DNA from: Spirochaetota bacterium
GTDB lineage: Bacteria > Spirochaetota > UBA6919 > CBDBPB01
NCBI GenBank assembly: GCA_965208615.1
Contig: CBDBPB010000001.1
Coordinates: 128,001-192,000 of the forward strand
Direction: 5' to 3'
Length of the DNA stretch: 64,000 nucleotides
The notes beneath the pieces are model-generated. The model did no database searches. It was not told the origin of the DNA and was given only the letters and a program-made list of their open reading frames with translations. Position 1 is the first letter of the stretch. Each line of letters starts with the position of its first letter. The position numbers and the translations under genes were made by a program. Positions 17,551 through 28,496 of this stretch are shown here, in pieces.

Positions 17551-20500
17551 ATGAAAAAGAATAATGTCAAATTTAACCTTTTAGAACAAGTTTTTAAGCA
17601 TCTCTCAAAAGATGATCCCCTATACAATAACAGCAACTTTATACTTTTTATAAAAACGTTTTTGGAAGATCAACCAACTAATATTACTATAAATCATGAC
17701 TTTGTCTATATGCTTACAAACAGCTATAACTATATAAATAAAAATGATCTACCTAAGATTCGTGTTTTTAACTTATCCGACAATAACCTAATGAAAAACT
17801 CCACAATAATACAAAGCCTTTCTGAAGATATTAAGTTCCTGTTAGACAGCATCAGAGAGTATATTAACGAAAATAGATATAAAACTAAAATCATTGTTAA
17901 TCCTATTTTCTCAGCCATAAGAGATGAACAAGGAAACCTTAAACTCCTTGAAACTGCAAAAGAAAATAAACAACAAGAATCATTTATCCACATAGAAATT
18001 GATAAGGTCAGCGATAACAAAGCCAATGAAATAGAAAAAAATCTAAAACTAATATTATTTGCAGTAAAGTCTGCAACTGGAGACTTTACCTATACTACTT
18101 CAGTACTTAAAAAACTTATCAGGCATTTTAAAGAAGGATATTTAACTACTTTTAAAAATCATGGTTTTTCTCTTTATGAGTCCATCCACTTTTTAGAGTG
18201 GCTTTTGGATGATAACTTCATATTTTTAGGTTATAGATGTTATGAGTTCTCCCAAAAAAATAAAAAACTATATATGCAGGTTAATAAGTCCAATGCAAAA
18301 GGTATACTAAGTAATTATAAGGATTCTGCATGTTATAATCCCGTTGATGTTAATGACTTCCCCAATATAAAAAAAGACCGTATTATGCTTTTAACTCCCC
18401 TTCTACTAGAAAAGAGTTCTAAAAAGAGTATTATCCATCGTCGCAACTATATGGATCTTGTAGAAATCCGTGAATTTACTGATTTAGAAGTACCATTAAA
18501 ATATCATAGATTCCTAGGACTCTTTACCAGAAAAGCTCTATTTAACCAGTCGAAAGATATACCTATTCTGAAAACTAAATTGGAACTACTATTAGAAGAT
18601 AAACAAATAGTTAAAGGTTCTGCTATGTATAGAGAAGTTTTAACTGTTTTTAACAGTCTGCCAAAAGAAGAACTTTTTTTCAGCTCTATAAAAGATCTTA
18701 ATAGCCTTATCCAGCTAATAGTAAGCGCTTATAGAAAACAAACAATTAAGATTTATCTTCGTAGGAGTATACTTGGAACATCATTATCTATAATAATGGC
18801 ACTCCCAGAAAAGTATTTTAGTTCCAATAACCTAAATACAGTTGCTAACTATCTCAAATCATTTTTTAATGCGAAATCCATTCAGTATTATCAAACTAGA
18901 AGTCATCCAGGATTCTGGCAGGCACATTACTTGGTTAGCCTTTCTGACCTAGAACTTAGAGAGTTCAATAAAGATGATCTGGAACAAGAAGTTACCTATA
19001 TAGTAAAAAACTGGAAAGACAAATTAATTGATATTATAGAAAAATATCATAGTAATAGTATAGCTGAAAGCTATTATCATAAATATATTTCATACTTCCC
19101 AAAGGAATATCAATCGGTTTATAGTCCAAAGACTGCTCTGGATGATATATATTACTTAGAAGAATATTATAAAACAAATAAAAACCAGTATAACATTATA
19201 ACTCCAGATAAGAGTAGCACTCCTGATAAGTGCTATACAACTATAAGAATATATTCTAATAAAAAAATCAGTCTTACAATAATGATGCCAATATTAGATA
19301 ATTTTGGTCTAAACGTAATAGATGAATTATCCTATAAGTTAGCCTCTGAAAACAATGATGCATTATATATTCACAGTTTTAGCGTAACCGATCTCGATGG
19401 AGTGATTGTTAATAAACAAATAAGTGATACCGTATTAAAAGAAGCACTAATACAGGTAATGGATAACAACTTCGAAAATGGAACCCTAAATGCCCTTATA
19501 ACGAAAACTGGCATGAATTATAAGCAAATAAACTTAACCAGAGTATACTATAACTACTACTTCCAAATAGAAAGAATATTTACCCGTAAAACAGTTGCAA
19601 AAACAGTATTAAAATATGCCTATATGCTAAAAAAAATGTTTACATTCTTTGACCTAAAGTTTAACCCTAAACATAATAAGCATAATAATATGAAAAACAT
19701 ACAAAATAACATCCTAGAAGACCTACAAAAAGTAACTGATATAAATGAAGATCGAATATTAAAGTCTTTTTATAACCTAATTGATAGCACACTAAGAACT
19801 AACTACTACTCTAGGGATACAACTAAAAACTTTCTAATCTCTATAAAAATTGAAAGCCAAAAAGTACATAATATGCCTGAACCAAAACCAATGTATGAGA
19901 TATTTGTATATAGCAATATAATGGAGGGTATTCATTTACGTGGGGGTAAGGTTGCCAGAGGTGGATTGCGTTGGAGTGACCGTAATGATGACTATCGTAC
20001 TGAAATACTTGCATTAATGAAAACTCAAATGACAAAAAATGCCGTTATAGTACCAGTAGGGTCAAAAGGAGGGTTTGTAATTAAAAACTCTAATCAAAAA
20101 CAAGATCCAAACTTTATTAAGCTCCAGTATCAGCGGTTTATATCAGCTATGCTCGATATAACAGACAACATCATAGATAATAAAATTATTCATCCTAAAA
20201 AAGTTATATGCTACGATAATGAAGATCCATATTTAGTTGTAGCGGCAGATAAAGGTACTACTTACTTATCCGATGCCGCTAATGAAATATCTTACAAATA
20301 TAAATACTGGATGGGGGATGCCTTTGCAAGCGGTGGGTCATATGGATACGATCACAAAAAAGAAGGTATTACTGCAAAAGGTGCATGGGAGTGTGTTAAA
20401 CGTCATTTTAGAGAGATTAATAAAAACGTCCAAGAAGAAGAGTTTAGCGTTATTGCTATTGGAGATATGTCTGGTGACGTCTTTGGTAACGGAATGCTCC

Positions 20501-22326
20501 TCTCTAAGAAAATCCTTTTAAAGGCGGCTTTTAATCATATTCATATATTTATTGATCCAAATCCTAATGCTGAAGACTCATACAAAGAACGAGAAAGACT
20601 TTTTAACTTACCACACTCAACATGGATGGATTATAATCCAAATATAATATCAAAGGGCGGGGGAGTGTTTAAGCGATATGACAAGTCTATATCCATAACC
20701 GAAGAAATTAAAACGTTAATAAATACTGATGAAAATGAGCTTAGTAGTGAAAAGTTAATCAAACTAATATTAAAAGCCAATGTTGAACTACTGTGGAACG
20801 GGGGTATAGGAACTTATATTAAGTCCTCTAGCGAGAGTAATGAACAGGTTAGGGATAAGGCTAATGATTCCCTTAGAATTAATGCATCTGAGTTAAAAGT
20901 AAAAGTGGTTGGTGAAGGTGGTAATTTAGGTCTTACACAGCTGGCTAGAGTTGAGTATTCCCTTAATGACGGCAGAATTAATACTGATTCAATAGACAAC
21001 TCTGCAGGAGTTGATATGTCTGATCACGAGGTTAATCTTAAGATTTTGTTTTCTCATCTAATGGATAGAAAACTAGTTAAAAACTTAGATGAACGTAATC
21101 AGTTTTTATCCAGCCTTACCGTTGATTTAAATTATATGGTAGTTAAAGATAATTATTTACAAAGTCTTGCTATATCCATGGATCACCTTAAATCTAAGGC
21201 TAATATTGATCAATATAGAGAACTTATTAGAGATCTAATACACGAAAGAATATTAGACCCCAAAGGAGAGTTTATACCCACTGATAAAGAAATAATAAGC
21301 TATAACTCTGAAGGAAAGGGCATTTTAAGGCCACAACTATCAATTATTATGGCTCATGAAAAAATGAGAGCTTATCAGGCTATATTAAACTCCAACATAC
21401 CAGATTTACCTTATTGCAATAAGTATATCATATCTTATTTTCCTGATAAGGTCTATGCCTCATTCAATGGGCATATTACAAGCCATCAACTAAAAAGAGA
21501 GATAATTGCAACCACTATTACAAACCATATTATAAACTCTGGTGGATCAACTCTTCTCTATGAACTAAAAAGAGATACAGGACATTCATACTCCAACATT
21601 GCAGGGGCATATCTAATGATAGAGGATATACTAGATATATCTGAAATACGTCAAGCAATCTATCTACTAGATAACGAAATACCTGCTAAATTGCAGTATG
21701 AAAAACTTAGTATTGTAAATAAGCTAAGTAAAAAAATCCTTAGTTGGAATCTCGCTTTTAAACAATGCATAATACCAAACAATGAAGAAATCATAAAGCT
21801 CAAAAATGATATATGGAACTTTGATGAAAAGCTTACTCAGTCTATTACCGAAAATAAAAAGTCTTATTTCCAAAAACTAAACGAAGAGGATATTAAAAAA
21901 GGTATACCATCCGGACTCGCAAATAAAATATTGGCTCTAGAAAGACTAAAAAGTGTTTTTCTTTATCTGCCCTTATCGAATAAGTTTAATTATAGTCTTG
22001 TTGATTGTCATTCCATTTTAACTGAAATAGATAGTATATTATCTATGGATGTAGTACTAACTTACCTTGAACAAGTATCCCTTTCTACTATATGGGATCA
22101 GGTAACATATAATTATTTAAGTATACAGCTACAATTTGTTAGATATTTCTTAGCTAAAAAAATACTGCGTTATCATAAAGGCAGTATAGAAGAGTATTGT
22201 AAAATAAAAGAATCGCAACTTAACTACTATAGTAGTTGGGTAATCCGGCTGAAAGAAGGCGATAGAAATATTAGCTTACATCCAATAACTGTAATATTAA
22301 AGTATTTATGGAATATAATTAATTAA
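17551..22326 (+). CDS. gdhB: Large (about 180 kDa class) NAD-specific glutamate dehydrogenase
   Basis: EGIHLRGGKVARGGLRWSDR, KNAVIVPVGSKGGF, DPYLVVAADKGT, GDMSGDVFGNGML, LWNGGIGTY and DNSAGVDMSDHEVNLKI; ATG at 17551 with GGAG RBS. Confidence 0.95.
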   Translation: MKKNNVKFNLLEQVFKHLSKDDPLYNNSNFILFIKTFLEDQPTNITINHDFVYMLTNSYNYINKNDLPKIRVFNLSDNNLMKNSTIIQSLSEDIKFLLDSIREYINENRYKTKIIVNPIFSAIRDEQGNLKLLETAKENKQQESFIHIEIDKVSDNKANEIEKNLKLILFAVKSATGDFTYTTSVLKKLIRHFKEGYLTTFKNHGFSLYESIHFLEWLLDDNFIFLGYRCYEFSQKNKKLYMQVNKSNAKGILSNYKDSACYNPVDVNDFPNIKKDRIMLLTPLLLEKSSKKSIIHRRNYMDLVEIREFTDLEVPLKYHRFLGLFTRKALFNQSKDIPILKTKLELLLEDKQIVKGSAMYREVLTVFNSLPKEELFFSSIKDLNSLIQLIVSAYRKQTIKIYLRRSILGTSLSIIMALPEKYFSSNNLNTVANYLKSFFNAKSIQYYQTRSHPGFWQAHYLVSLSDLELREFNKDDLEQEVTYIVKNWKDKLIDIIEKYHSNSIAESYYHKYISYFPKEYQSVYSPKTALDDIYYLEEYYKTNKNQYNIITPDKSSTPDKCYTTIRIYSNKKISLTIMMPILDNFGLNVIDELSYKLASENNDALYIHSFSVTDLDGVIVNKQISDTVLKEALIQVMDNNFENGTLNALITKTGMNYKQINLTRVYYNYYFQIERIFTRKTVAKTVLKYAYMLKKMFTFFDLKFNPKHNKHNNMKNIQNNILEDLQKVTDINEDRILKSFYNLIDSTLRTNYYSRDTTKNFLISIKIESQKVHNMPEPKPMYEIFVYSNIMEGIHLRGGKVARGGLRWSDRNDDYRTEILALMKTQMTKNAVIVPVGSKGGFVIKNSNQKQDPNFIKLQYQRFISAMLDITDNIIDNKIIHPKKVICYDNEDPYLVVAADKGTTYLSDAANEISYKYKYWMGDAFASGGSYGYDHKKEGITAKGAWECVKRHFREINKNVQEEEFSVIAIGDMSGDVFGNGMLLSKKILLKAAFNHIHIFIDPNPNAEDSYKERERLFNLPHSTWMDYNPNIISKGGGVFKRYDKSISITEEIKTLINTDENELSSEKLIKLILKANVELLWNGGIGTYIKSSSESNEQVRDKANDSLRINASELKVKVVGEGGNLGLTQLARVEYSLNDGRINTDSIDNSAGVDMSDHEVNLKILFSHLMDRKLVKNLDERNQFLSSLTVDLNYMVVKDNYLQSLAISMDHLKSKANIDQYRELIRDLIHERILDPKGEFIPTDKEIISYNSEGKGILRPQLSIIMAHEKMRAYQAILNSNIPDLPYCNKYIISYFPDKVYASFNGHITSHQLKREIIATTITNHIINSGGSTLLYELKRDTGHSYSNIAGAYLMIEDILDISEIRQAIYLLDNEIPAKLQYEKLSIVNKLSKKILSWNLAFKQCIIPNNEEIIKLKNDIWNFDEKLTQSITENKKSYFQKLNEEDIKKGIPSGLANKILALERLKSVFLYLPLSNKFNYSLVDCHSILTEIDSILSMDVVLTYLEQVSLSTIWDQVTYNYLSIQLQFVRYFLAKKILRYHKGSIEEYCKIKESQLNYYSSWVIRLKEGDRNISLHPITVILKYLWNIIN

Positions 22327-22436
22327 TTGCGATTCCTTGTTCTAATAAATAAAAAGCATTCTAACTTTTTATATACTTCCTTCCATACAACGTCAATGTA
22401 TAACAAGTAAGAAAAAACCTATCCCTAGGCTAATCA

Positions 22437-23036
22437 TCAAAATGAATATCCAACTCCCATACCACCAAGACCATAAAACCCAAGGGTTGCATTAGTATCA
22501 ATGTGCAAACCAAGACGAACCATAACTTGTAAAGATAATCCAAAATCAAAAGTATAACGCCAACCAAACTCAGCACTAGGAGTGAAAATAATTAAAAATT
22601 TATTATCATAAGTAAGTGAGGGAAGCTTAAGCCTATGATAAGTACTAAATATAATATCCATTGACGGACCTATCCAAAAGCCATGAGGCCTTACACCCTT
22701 TATAATAGCAAAACGACCAGAAATACCTAACAAAAATGCAGGCCAATTTCTAACACCAATTTCACTAGGACTGCTTGAGTAATTATTACTTAATATACTA
22801 CTAGGAGGTGAACTTAATCCAGTTCCACCAAGTCTAGGAGCAATACTAATAGACTTTCCCAAACCAATATCTCCCTCAAGCTCAATCTGAAAACCAAAAA
22901 CCCCTCCCGTAAGATTTATACCAATAACATATTTTCTATCAGTATCACCGCCGGATAATACACTATCAGCAAAAGATAATTGTGCTAAGCTAAATAGCAC
23001 TAAAGTAAAAATAAAAACTTTAACAGCTCTAAGCAT
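22437..23036 (-). CDS. Putative small outer-membrane beta-barrel protein (DUF3575-like)
   Basis: ATG at 23036 with RBS AGGAGG; signal peptide ending SFA-D; GFWIGP and EFGWRYTF motifs; terminal GMGVGYSF. Confidence 0.7.
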   Translation of the reverse strand: MLRAVKVFIFTLVLFSLAQLSFADSVLSGGDTDRKYVIGINLTGGVFGFQIELEGDIGLGKSISIAPRLGGTGLSSPPSSILSNNYSSSPSEIGVRNWPAFLLGISGRFAIIKGVRPHGFWIGPSMDIIFSTYHRLKLPSLTYDNKFLIIFTPSAEFGWRYTFDFGLSLQVMVRLGLHIDTNATLGFYGLGGMGVGYSF

Positions 23037-23182
23037 TCTACCACTCCTCCTTTTAACTAAGTCAAAATTAATAATATATTTATAACACAATATAATTTAA
23101 AGTAAAACAAATATACTATAAAAAACTGCATAAATTATAAATTATCTAATAAAATTAGTATATTTATGGATTAATAACTATA

Positions 23183-23620
23183 ATGAGGAAGCTCGTGAAT
23201 AAAAAAAAAGGCTTCAAAATAATAGACCATAAAGCTGATATAGCTGTAGAGGTCTTTAGCAATAGTATAAATGAACTCTATCAGGTCGCTATAGAGGCAT
23301 TTACCTCAATTATAACTAACTTAGAAAAAGTAAATCCAACAACATACCGTATGGTAATCATAAAAGGAAATGATAAAGAACAATGCCTTGTAAACCTATT
23401 GTCAGAGCTAATCTTTATTTATGATGTTGATGGCTTTCTATGTAGAAAAACAAGAATTACTAATATAACCCCTAATCACCTAAGAGCTGATTTATATGGA
23501 GAAAAATTTGACAATGAAAAACATGATATCTTGGGTGATATTAAAGCTGTTACTTATCATGGATTATCCATCATAAAAGAAGATGGATTATTTAGAACTA
23601 CTATTATATTTGATCTGTAG
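23183..23620 (+). CDS. Archease
   Basis: DHKAD (DHTAD-like), LVNLLSELIF, GEKFD...H, IKAVTYHGL and C-terminal IIFDL. Confidence 0.93.
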   Translation: MRKLVNKKKGFKIIDHKADIAVEVFSNSINELYQVAIEAFTSIITNLEKVNPTTYRMVIIKGNDKEQCLVNLLSELIFIYDVDGFLCRKTRITNITPNHLRADLYGEKFDNEKHDILGDIKAVTYHGLSIIKEDGLFRTTIIFDL

Positions 23621-23803
23621 CTATTTTTATATTAATACTACATTTATATATTTATTCAGAAAGTTTTTTGCATAGTAGATTTTAATAGGTGTTTAACTTA
23701 AAAAGTATTAAAAATGTTTGTATCAAGTTTAATAAAAATAAAATGAGTATAGTTATAGGTTTTTAATAACGTTTAACTTAGTATAAAATATTAGGACAAC
23801 TAA

Positions 23804-23974
23804 ATGGCAAGTTACATAAGTACGAAAAAAAAAGAACTATATATTGGAGTTTGCAATTCCTGCATGAAGAAAAAAAATATAGTCAGCTCTATACGTAATG
23901 ATAAAGGTGTATTATACGATTACTGTCATAGATGCTTCGAAGAGATTACAGGAAGAAAAGTCTCAAAAAGATAG
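23804..23974 (+). CDS. 56-aa C4 zinc-finger-like protein (not in the ORF track)
   Basis: AGGA RBS plus ATG; MASYISTKKKELYIGVCNSCMKKKNIVSSIRNDKGVLYDYCHRCFEEITGRKVSKR*, containing CxxC-x20-CxxC. Confidence 0.75.
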   Translation: MASYISTKKKELYIGVCNSCMKKKNIVSSIRNDKGVLYDYCHRCFEEITGRKVSKR

Positions 23975-23994
23975 TATGTTAACTTTATTAATAA

Positions 23995-24588
23995 TTAATA
24001 TCTACTTTTATCCCCAATATCATAGTGAAAAGGATGTTGTAACTTTCTAATTGTAAAAATAGTAACCAAAAATGCTATCATTAATACCAAAGTAAAAGAT
24101 ATAGGATGCGAAAAAATAAATAATAAGTTACCCAAAACTAATATAGCACTTAATATACCAAAAAGATAACCCTCATACAACTTAAAACAAAATGCCTCCT
24201 TTGCCCCTATTCCGCTAAAAGCCGCTAATAAAAATCCCCAACCAATAATTCCTAACCAATTATCAAATATACTATTAACCCCACTATATAAAGTAAGGGA
24301 TAAAATAATAATAAAAGATATAACCCAAAAAACTCGTATTATCATAAGAATACGCTTATCGTATAAATGTAAAAAAATAAGGGATACCCCAACAGAAATA
24401 AGGAAAGTCCACAAAACTATATCTATCCCCTTAAAAATAATGTGATCAAAACGATTTATATTAACAAAATATAGTGCAAAAACAGCATATATAAAACAAA
24501 ATGTAGATATAACTATTCCTAATCGGTATATTAAAACAGTTATTTTATCCCACTTGGTTATAGTTTGAAGCTCTTTTTTATCTCCCAT
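23995..24588 (-). CDS. DUF2301-like integral membrane protein
   Basis: Multi-TM protein with VLIYRLG, LHLY, KEAFCF...EG and C-terminal HYDIGDKS motifs. Confidence 0.85.
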   Translation of the reverse strand: MGDKKELQTITKWDKITVLIYRLGIVISTFCFIYAVFALYFVNINRFDHIIFKGIDIVLWTFLISVGVSLIFLHLYDKRILMIIRVFWVISFIIILSLTLYSGVNSIFDNWLGIIGWGFLLAAFSGIGAKEAFCFKLYEGYLFGILSAILVLGNLLFIFSHPISFTLVLMIAFLVTIFTIRKLQHPFHYDIGDKSRY

Positions 24589-24619
24589 TATACTATCCTT
24601 AAATTAATTTATTACTTTA

Positions 24620-25384
24620 TCATTCAAAATAATTATTCCAGTTCAATATGCCCTGGGGTATAGTAAAATAATTAACTATAGCCCAAATAACAGCAATAAA
24701 AGTTAAACCTATAAAAAAATAAGCAAAAATATAAGTAACTTTACCCCTAGTTTTATAAATAATCTCAGCCTTTAAAAAAAAAGCAATAATTATCCCAGAA
24801 AGTAAACCACCAATATGACCAGCATTATCTATTCCAAACCTTTTTCCATAAAAGAATCCAAAAGCTAAGTTTAATGCAATAACAATTAATATATTAATAA
24901 GCATTCTTTTTCTTACCTCAGACTTTAACTCAGACTTATGGATTATTAAAAAAGTAGTTAAACCTCCAATAATACCATATATAGCTCCAGAAGCACCTAT
25001 ACTCTCGTTAGCCATAGTTATAAAATAACTGGATAATGTTGAACATAATCCACTAGCCATATATAATATAAAAAAGTTAAGAGTTCCGAATACCCTCTCT
25101 ATAAATTGTCCTACCATAAAAAGAGCAAACATATTAAAAAAAATATGTAGTCCATAAGAGTGTAGGAAAATTGCCGTAATAAAACGAAAATACTCCATTC
25201 TATAAGTAATTAGCGAATGATTAAGACTACCAAACTTCCATACCCCGTTTTCTCCAACGCTAAAACTTATCAAAATAAATATCATAACATTAATAGCAAT
25301 AATCAACATGCTAAGAGGTATTTTAGAAAAAAAATATTTATTCGGATTATAATAACTTAATCTTTTTATAAATTCTTCCCTCAC
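24620..25384 (-). CDS. Rhomboid family intramembrane serine protease
   Basis: FLH...HIFFNM, GASGAIYG (catalytic Ser) and DNAGHIGG (catalytic His). Confidence 0.95.
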   Translation of the reverse strand: MREEFIKRLSYYNPNKYFFSKIPLSMLIIAINVMIFILISFSVGENGVWKFGSLNHSLITYRMEYFRFITAIFLHSYGLHIFFNMFALFMVGQFIERVFGTLNFFILYMASGLCSTLSSYFITMANESIGASGAIYGIIGGLTTFLIIHKSELKSEVRKRMLINILIVIALNLAFGFFYGKRFGIDNAGHIGGLLSGIIIAFFLKAEIIYKTRGKVTYIFAYFFIGLTFIAVIWAIVNYFTIPQGILNWNNYFE

Positions 25385-25478
25385 TTTGTTAACCCAAAAT
25401 CTATATAGTAATTGTTATCTAAATTATTTAATAAATTTATATAGATAATAAACAAAGTGTAATAAATTATAAAATTAT

Positions 25479-26162
25479 TTATTTTTGCTTCGGAGGAGAA
25501 AAATCATCTAACAGCTTATCGTTTAACTCTTGCTGATAAGACCTAAGATCTTGTTTATCCCTTTTTCTACCCATAGTTTTTTCTAAATAAGTCTTTTCAT
25601 CAATTATCTTAATTGTAGTGGGATTATTAAGAATAAGTCTAACAGGCATTCCAATCTCTTTTTTAGCCTTGAATAACTCTCTGTTTTTCGTATTCCAAAT
25701 AGAAAACTTCGATGTCCTTATGTCAGCCTCGCCATACTTGGATAGTATTCTATTATATAAACTAAAATAACTGTTATACCTTAAACTAAACTTTATTATA
25801 ATAGCATATAATACCCAGTCATCCTTAATATTAGGCTTTGCCTTATCATGTAAAGTAAGCTTCTTTTTCGTAAACTGATAATAAATATGCTCAATAAAAG
25901 GAGGACGCTTAGCTTTAATTAAATAATTCTGTTCTTCGTCAAACTCACCATAGTCGGTATAGTCATCAACCTCAATATGACTATCACTTTTTATAATATC
26001 CAAAACCTCTTTTCTATTCATTCCTAAAATTACGTTTCTATATTTACCTTCAATAGCAATCTTTTTTTCCTCTAACAATTCTTTATCAGCGCTAGTTCCA
26101 AGAGGAATAAATAAAAAATAATTGCTTATCAATATAATAGTAATAAGTAGTATTCTTTTCAT
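25479..26162 (-). CDS. Exported hypothetical protein (spirochaete-like)
   Basis: Signal peptide from the ATG at 26162 (MKRILLITIILIS...); YRNVILGMNRKEV and LSKYGEA motifs. Confidence 0.7.
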   Translation of the reverse strand: MKRILLITIILISNYFLFIPLGTSADKELLEEKKIAIEGKYRNVILGMNRKEVLDIIKSDSHIEVDDYTDYGEFDEEQNYLIKAKRPPFIEHIYYQFTKKKLTLHDKAKPNIKDDWVLYAIIIKFSLRYNSYFSLYNRILSKYGEADIRTSKFSIWNTKNRELFKAKKEIGMPVRLILNNPTTIKIIDEKTYLEKTMGRKRDKQDLRSYQQELNDKLLDDFSPPKQK

Positions 26163-26424
26163 TTTACATACCAATGGCTTTTGTATATTTAAAAATAGGC
26201 TGTTAATTTTTAACATCGTCATTTATAATACATAGATAAAAACTTCTTTATAAAACTTAATCATTTTTTGATAAAATATATTAACTTTAGCGTTATATGT
26301 TTTGTCATAAGAACTATTATAAATGTTTGAAATAAAACCCTTTTTATTATATTTAGGCATGCACCTTGAAAATACCTTTAGTAACAGTTATTACGGATAA
26401 TATATATTAAAATTAGGTAAAAAT

Positions 26425-26721
26425 ATGTTAATAGCAAAAGTTATGGGAACCGTTGTTTCAACACAAAAAGATGAAGGACTAAATAATCTAAAAATGCTCC
26501 TAATCGAAGAAATAGATCCCAAAACTCTAAAAGGACAAAAAAACTATTTAGTAGCAATTGACAGCGTAGGAGCAGGATTAGAAGAGCTAGTTCTATATGC
26601 CTCAGGTTCTTCTGCCCGTATGACAAATATAACTAATAATAAGCCATGTGATTGTGTTATAATGGCAATAATTGATCAATTTGATATTGACAATAAAACC
26701 ATTTATAAAAAAGAGTTATAG
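26425..26721 (+). CDS. eutN: EutN/CcmL family bacterial microcompartment vertex (BMC-P) protein
   Basis: MLIAKVMGTVVSTQK...VAIDSVGAGLEELVL..SGSSAR...DCVIMAIID. Confidence 0.93.
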   Translation: MLIAKVMGTVVSTQKDEGLNNLKMLLIEEIDPKTLKGQKNYLVAIDSVGAGLEELVLYASGSSARMTNITNNKPCDCVIMAIIDQFDIDNKTIYKKEL

Positions 26722-28488
26722 ACGTGCGGCTAAAATAGTAAAGTCATCAGTAAAAGGCCTATTCTCAGTAAACTCTGCAACCTCATACTGTATTAATTTT
26801 AAGAGGTCTGGTAAAGCTAATTTATTGTTCTTTTTCAAAAAGTTTATTAACCTCCACTCTTCATATTGATCACCATTAAACTTTTCCGCTTCGATTATCC
26901 CATCTGTAAACAAAAACAAGAGATCCCCTTTTTCATAAAAGAAAACCTTTTCTTCAAACTTTGTATCAGGTAAAACACCTAAAGGCCTTCCCATCGTCTT
27001 TATTCGTTCAACCTCCCCATCCTTAGTCCTGTAGAAAAGCTGACTATCATGTCCAGCACTAACATAAGTAATTGCCTTATTAAAAGAGTCAACTAAAAAA
27101 TAAGCGGCTGTTACGAACATACCAGATTCCGAATCTTCAACTAATAATTCATTAGCCTTAGTCATAACAATTTTAGGATTTGGATTAAGTTGAGCCTCTG
27201 TTCTAATAGTATTCCTTGCAAGAGCCATAAAAAGAGAGGCAGGTATTCCTTTTCCAGAAACGTCAGCAACAAGAACTACAAATTTACTATCATCAATTTT
27301 TATAAAATCATAAAAATCTCCTCCAACCTCTTCGGCTGGCAGGCTCATACCCTGTATCTCAATACCATTAAGAACAGGAAAAGTATCAGGTAATATCCTT
27401 TGCTGTATAGAATAAGCAATCTTTAACTCCTGACCAATATGATTCTGCTCTAGCAAAAACTTTTGAAGTTTTAGGTTCGTATATGTCTGAGATAAATGAG
27501 ATGAAATATTCTCTAATATTCGTAAGTGAAATGAGGAATATAAAAAATATTTCTCATCAGCAACTAATAAAATAAATCCAAAGATATTCCCCTCGGTGTA
27601 TATAGGAACAGATAATATAGAAAACCCTTTTTGAGGCTTAAAATTAATAAAACTACTATCAATATCATTAATTATATAAGGCTTTGGATTCTCTTTAAAA
27701 AAACTTTGAACCTCTCTATGAGAAAAACTCTTATTAAGATATGACATATCTTTTAGCCTAGAAAAATAAGATAATATATACACCTCTCTATCAGGAACAG
27801 AAACATAAATAAAAATAGATTCAATCTTTAGCTTTTTTTCAATAAAATTGATAGTAGTCATAAAAAGCTCTTGTATTGTAATAACAGAATTGGCAATATT
27901 ACTATACTCATAAAGCAGACTAAGCTCATTAACCCTACTCTCTAAAGCCGTCTTAGTCTTGGACAACTGCTCAAAAAGATCGGTATTATTAATAGCTATA
28001 GCCGCCTGATCGGCTATAAAACTTAATATGCTAATATGCTCCTCAGTAAAACTACTGGATTCTTTAGAATTAATTACCTCTAAAACACCAACTATCTTAC
28101 CCTTAACCTTCATAGGAACACAAATTAAGTTTTTAGTTATCTGATTAGCTTTTTCATCAACGGCCTTAAATATTCTAGAATCATTTTCTGCATCATTAAC
28201 AATAATAGGTATGCCTGTTTGTGCAACACGACCAGCAATACCCTTTCCTATAGGAATAGATATATCTTTTACAATTTCGCTTTTATCACCAGTAACAACA
28301 TAAAAACTAAGTTCTTGCTTATCATTATCCAAAAGCAAAAGAGAGGATGCCTCTGACTTAAGAGCCTCTTTTGCCGAAAGCATTACTATTTCTAATAAAA
28401 CTGATAATTTAAGAGTAGAATTTATAAGGTTTGTAATCCGTTTTAGCGTATCTAAATTAACTGAAATATATTTATTCTCTGTAAACAT
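26716..28488 (-). CDS. GAF-GAF-SpoIIE (PP2C/RsbU-like) phosphatase
   Basis: GAF motifs GKGIAGRVA and ICVPMK...GVLEVIN; PP2C motifs VGGDFYD, ADVSGKG, SAGH, FTDGIIEA and DDFT. Confidence 0.93.
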   Translation of the reverse strand: MFTENKYISVNLDTLKRITNLINSTLKLSVLLEIVMLSAKEALKSEASSLLLLDNDKQELSFYVVTGDKSEIVKDISIPIGKGIAGRVAQTGIPIIVNDAENDSRIFKAVDEKANQITKNLICVPMKVKGKIVGVLEVINSKESSSFTEEHISILSFIADQAAIAINNTDLFEQLSKTKTALESRVNELSLLYEYSNIANSVITIQELFMTTINFIEKKLKIESIFIYVSVPDREVYILSYFSRLKDMSYLNKSFSHREVQSFFKENPKPYIINDIDSSFINFKPQKGFSILSVPIYTEGNIFGFILLVADEKYFLYSSFHLRILENISSHLSQTYTNLKLQKFLLEQNHIGQELKIAYSIQQRILPDTFPVLNGIEIQGMSLPAEEVGGDFYDFIKIDDSKFVVLVADVSGKGIPASLFMALARNTIRTEAQLNPNPKIVMTKANELLVEDSESGMFVTAAYFLVDSFNKAITYVSAGHDSQLFYRTKDGEVERIKTMGRPLGVLPDTKFEEKVFFYEKGDLLFLFTDGIIEAEKFNGDQYEEWRLINFLKKNNKLALPDLLKLIQYEVAEFTENRPFTDDFTILAARL

Positions 28489-28496
28489 ATTGCTTT

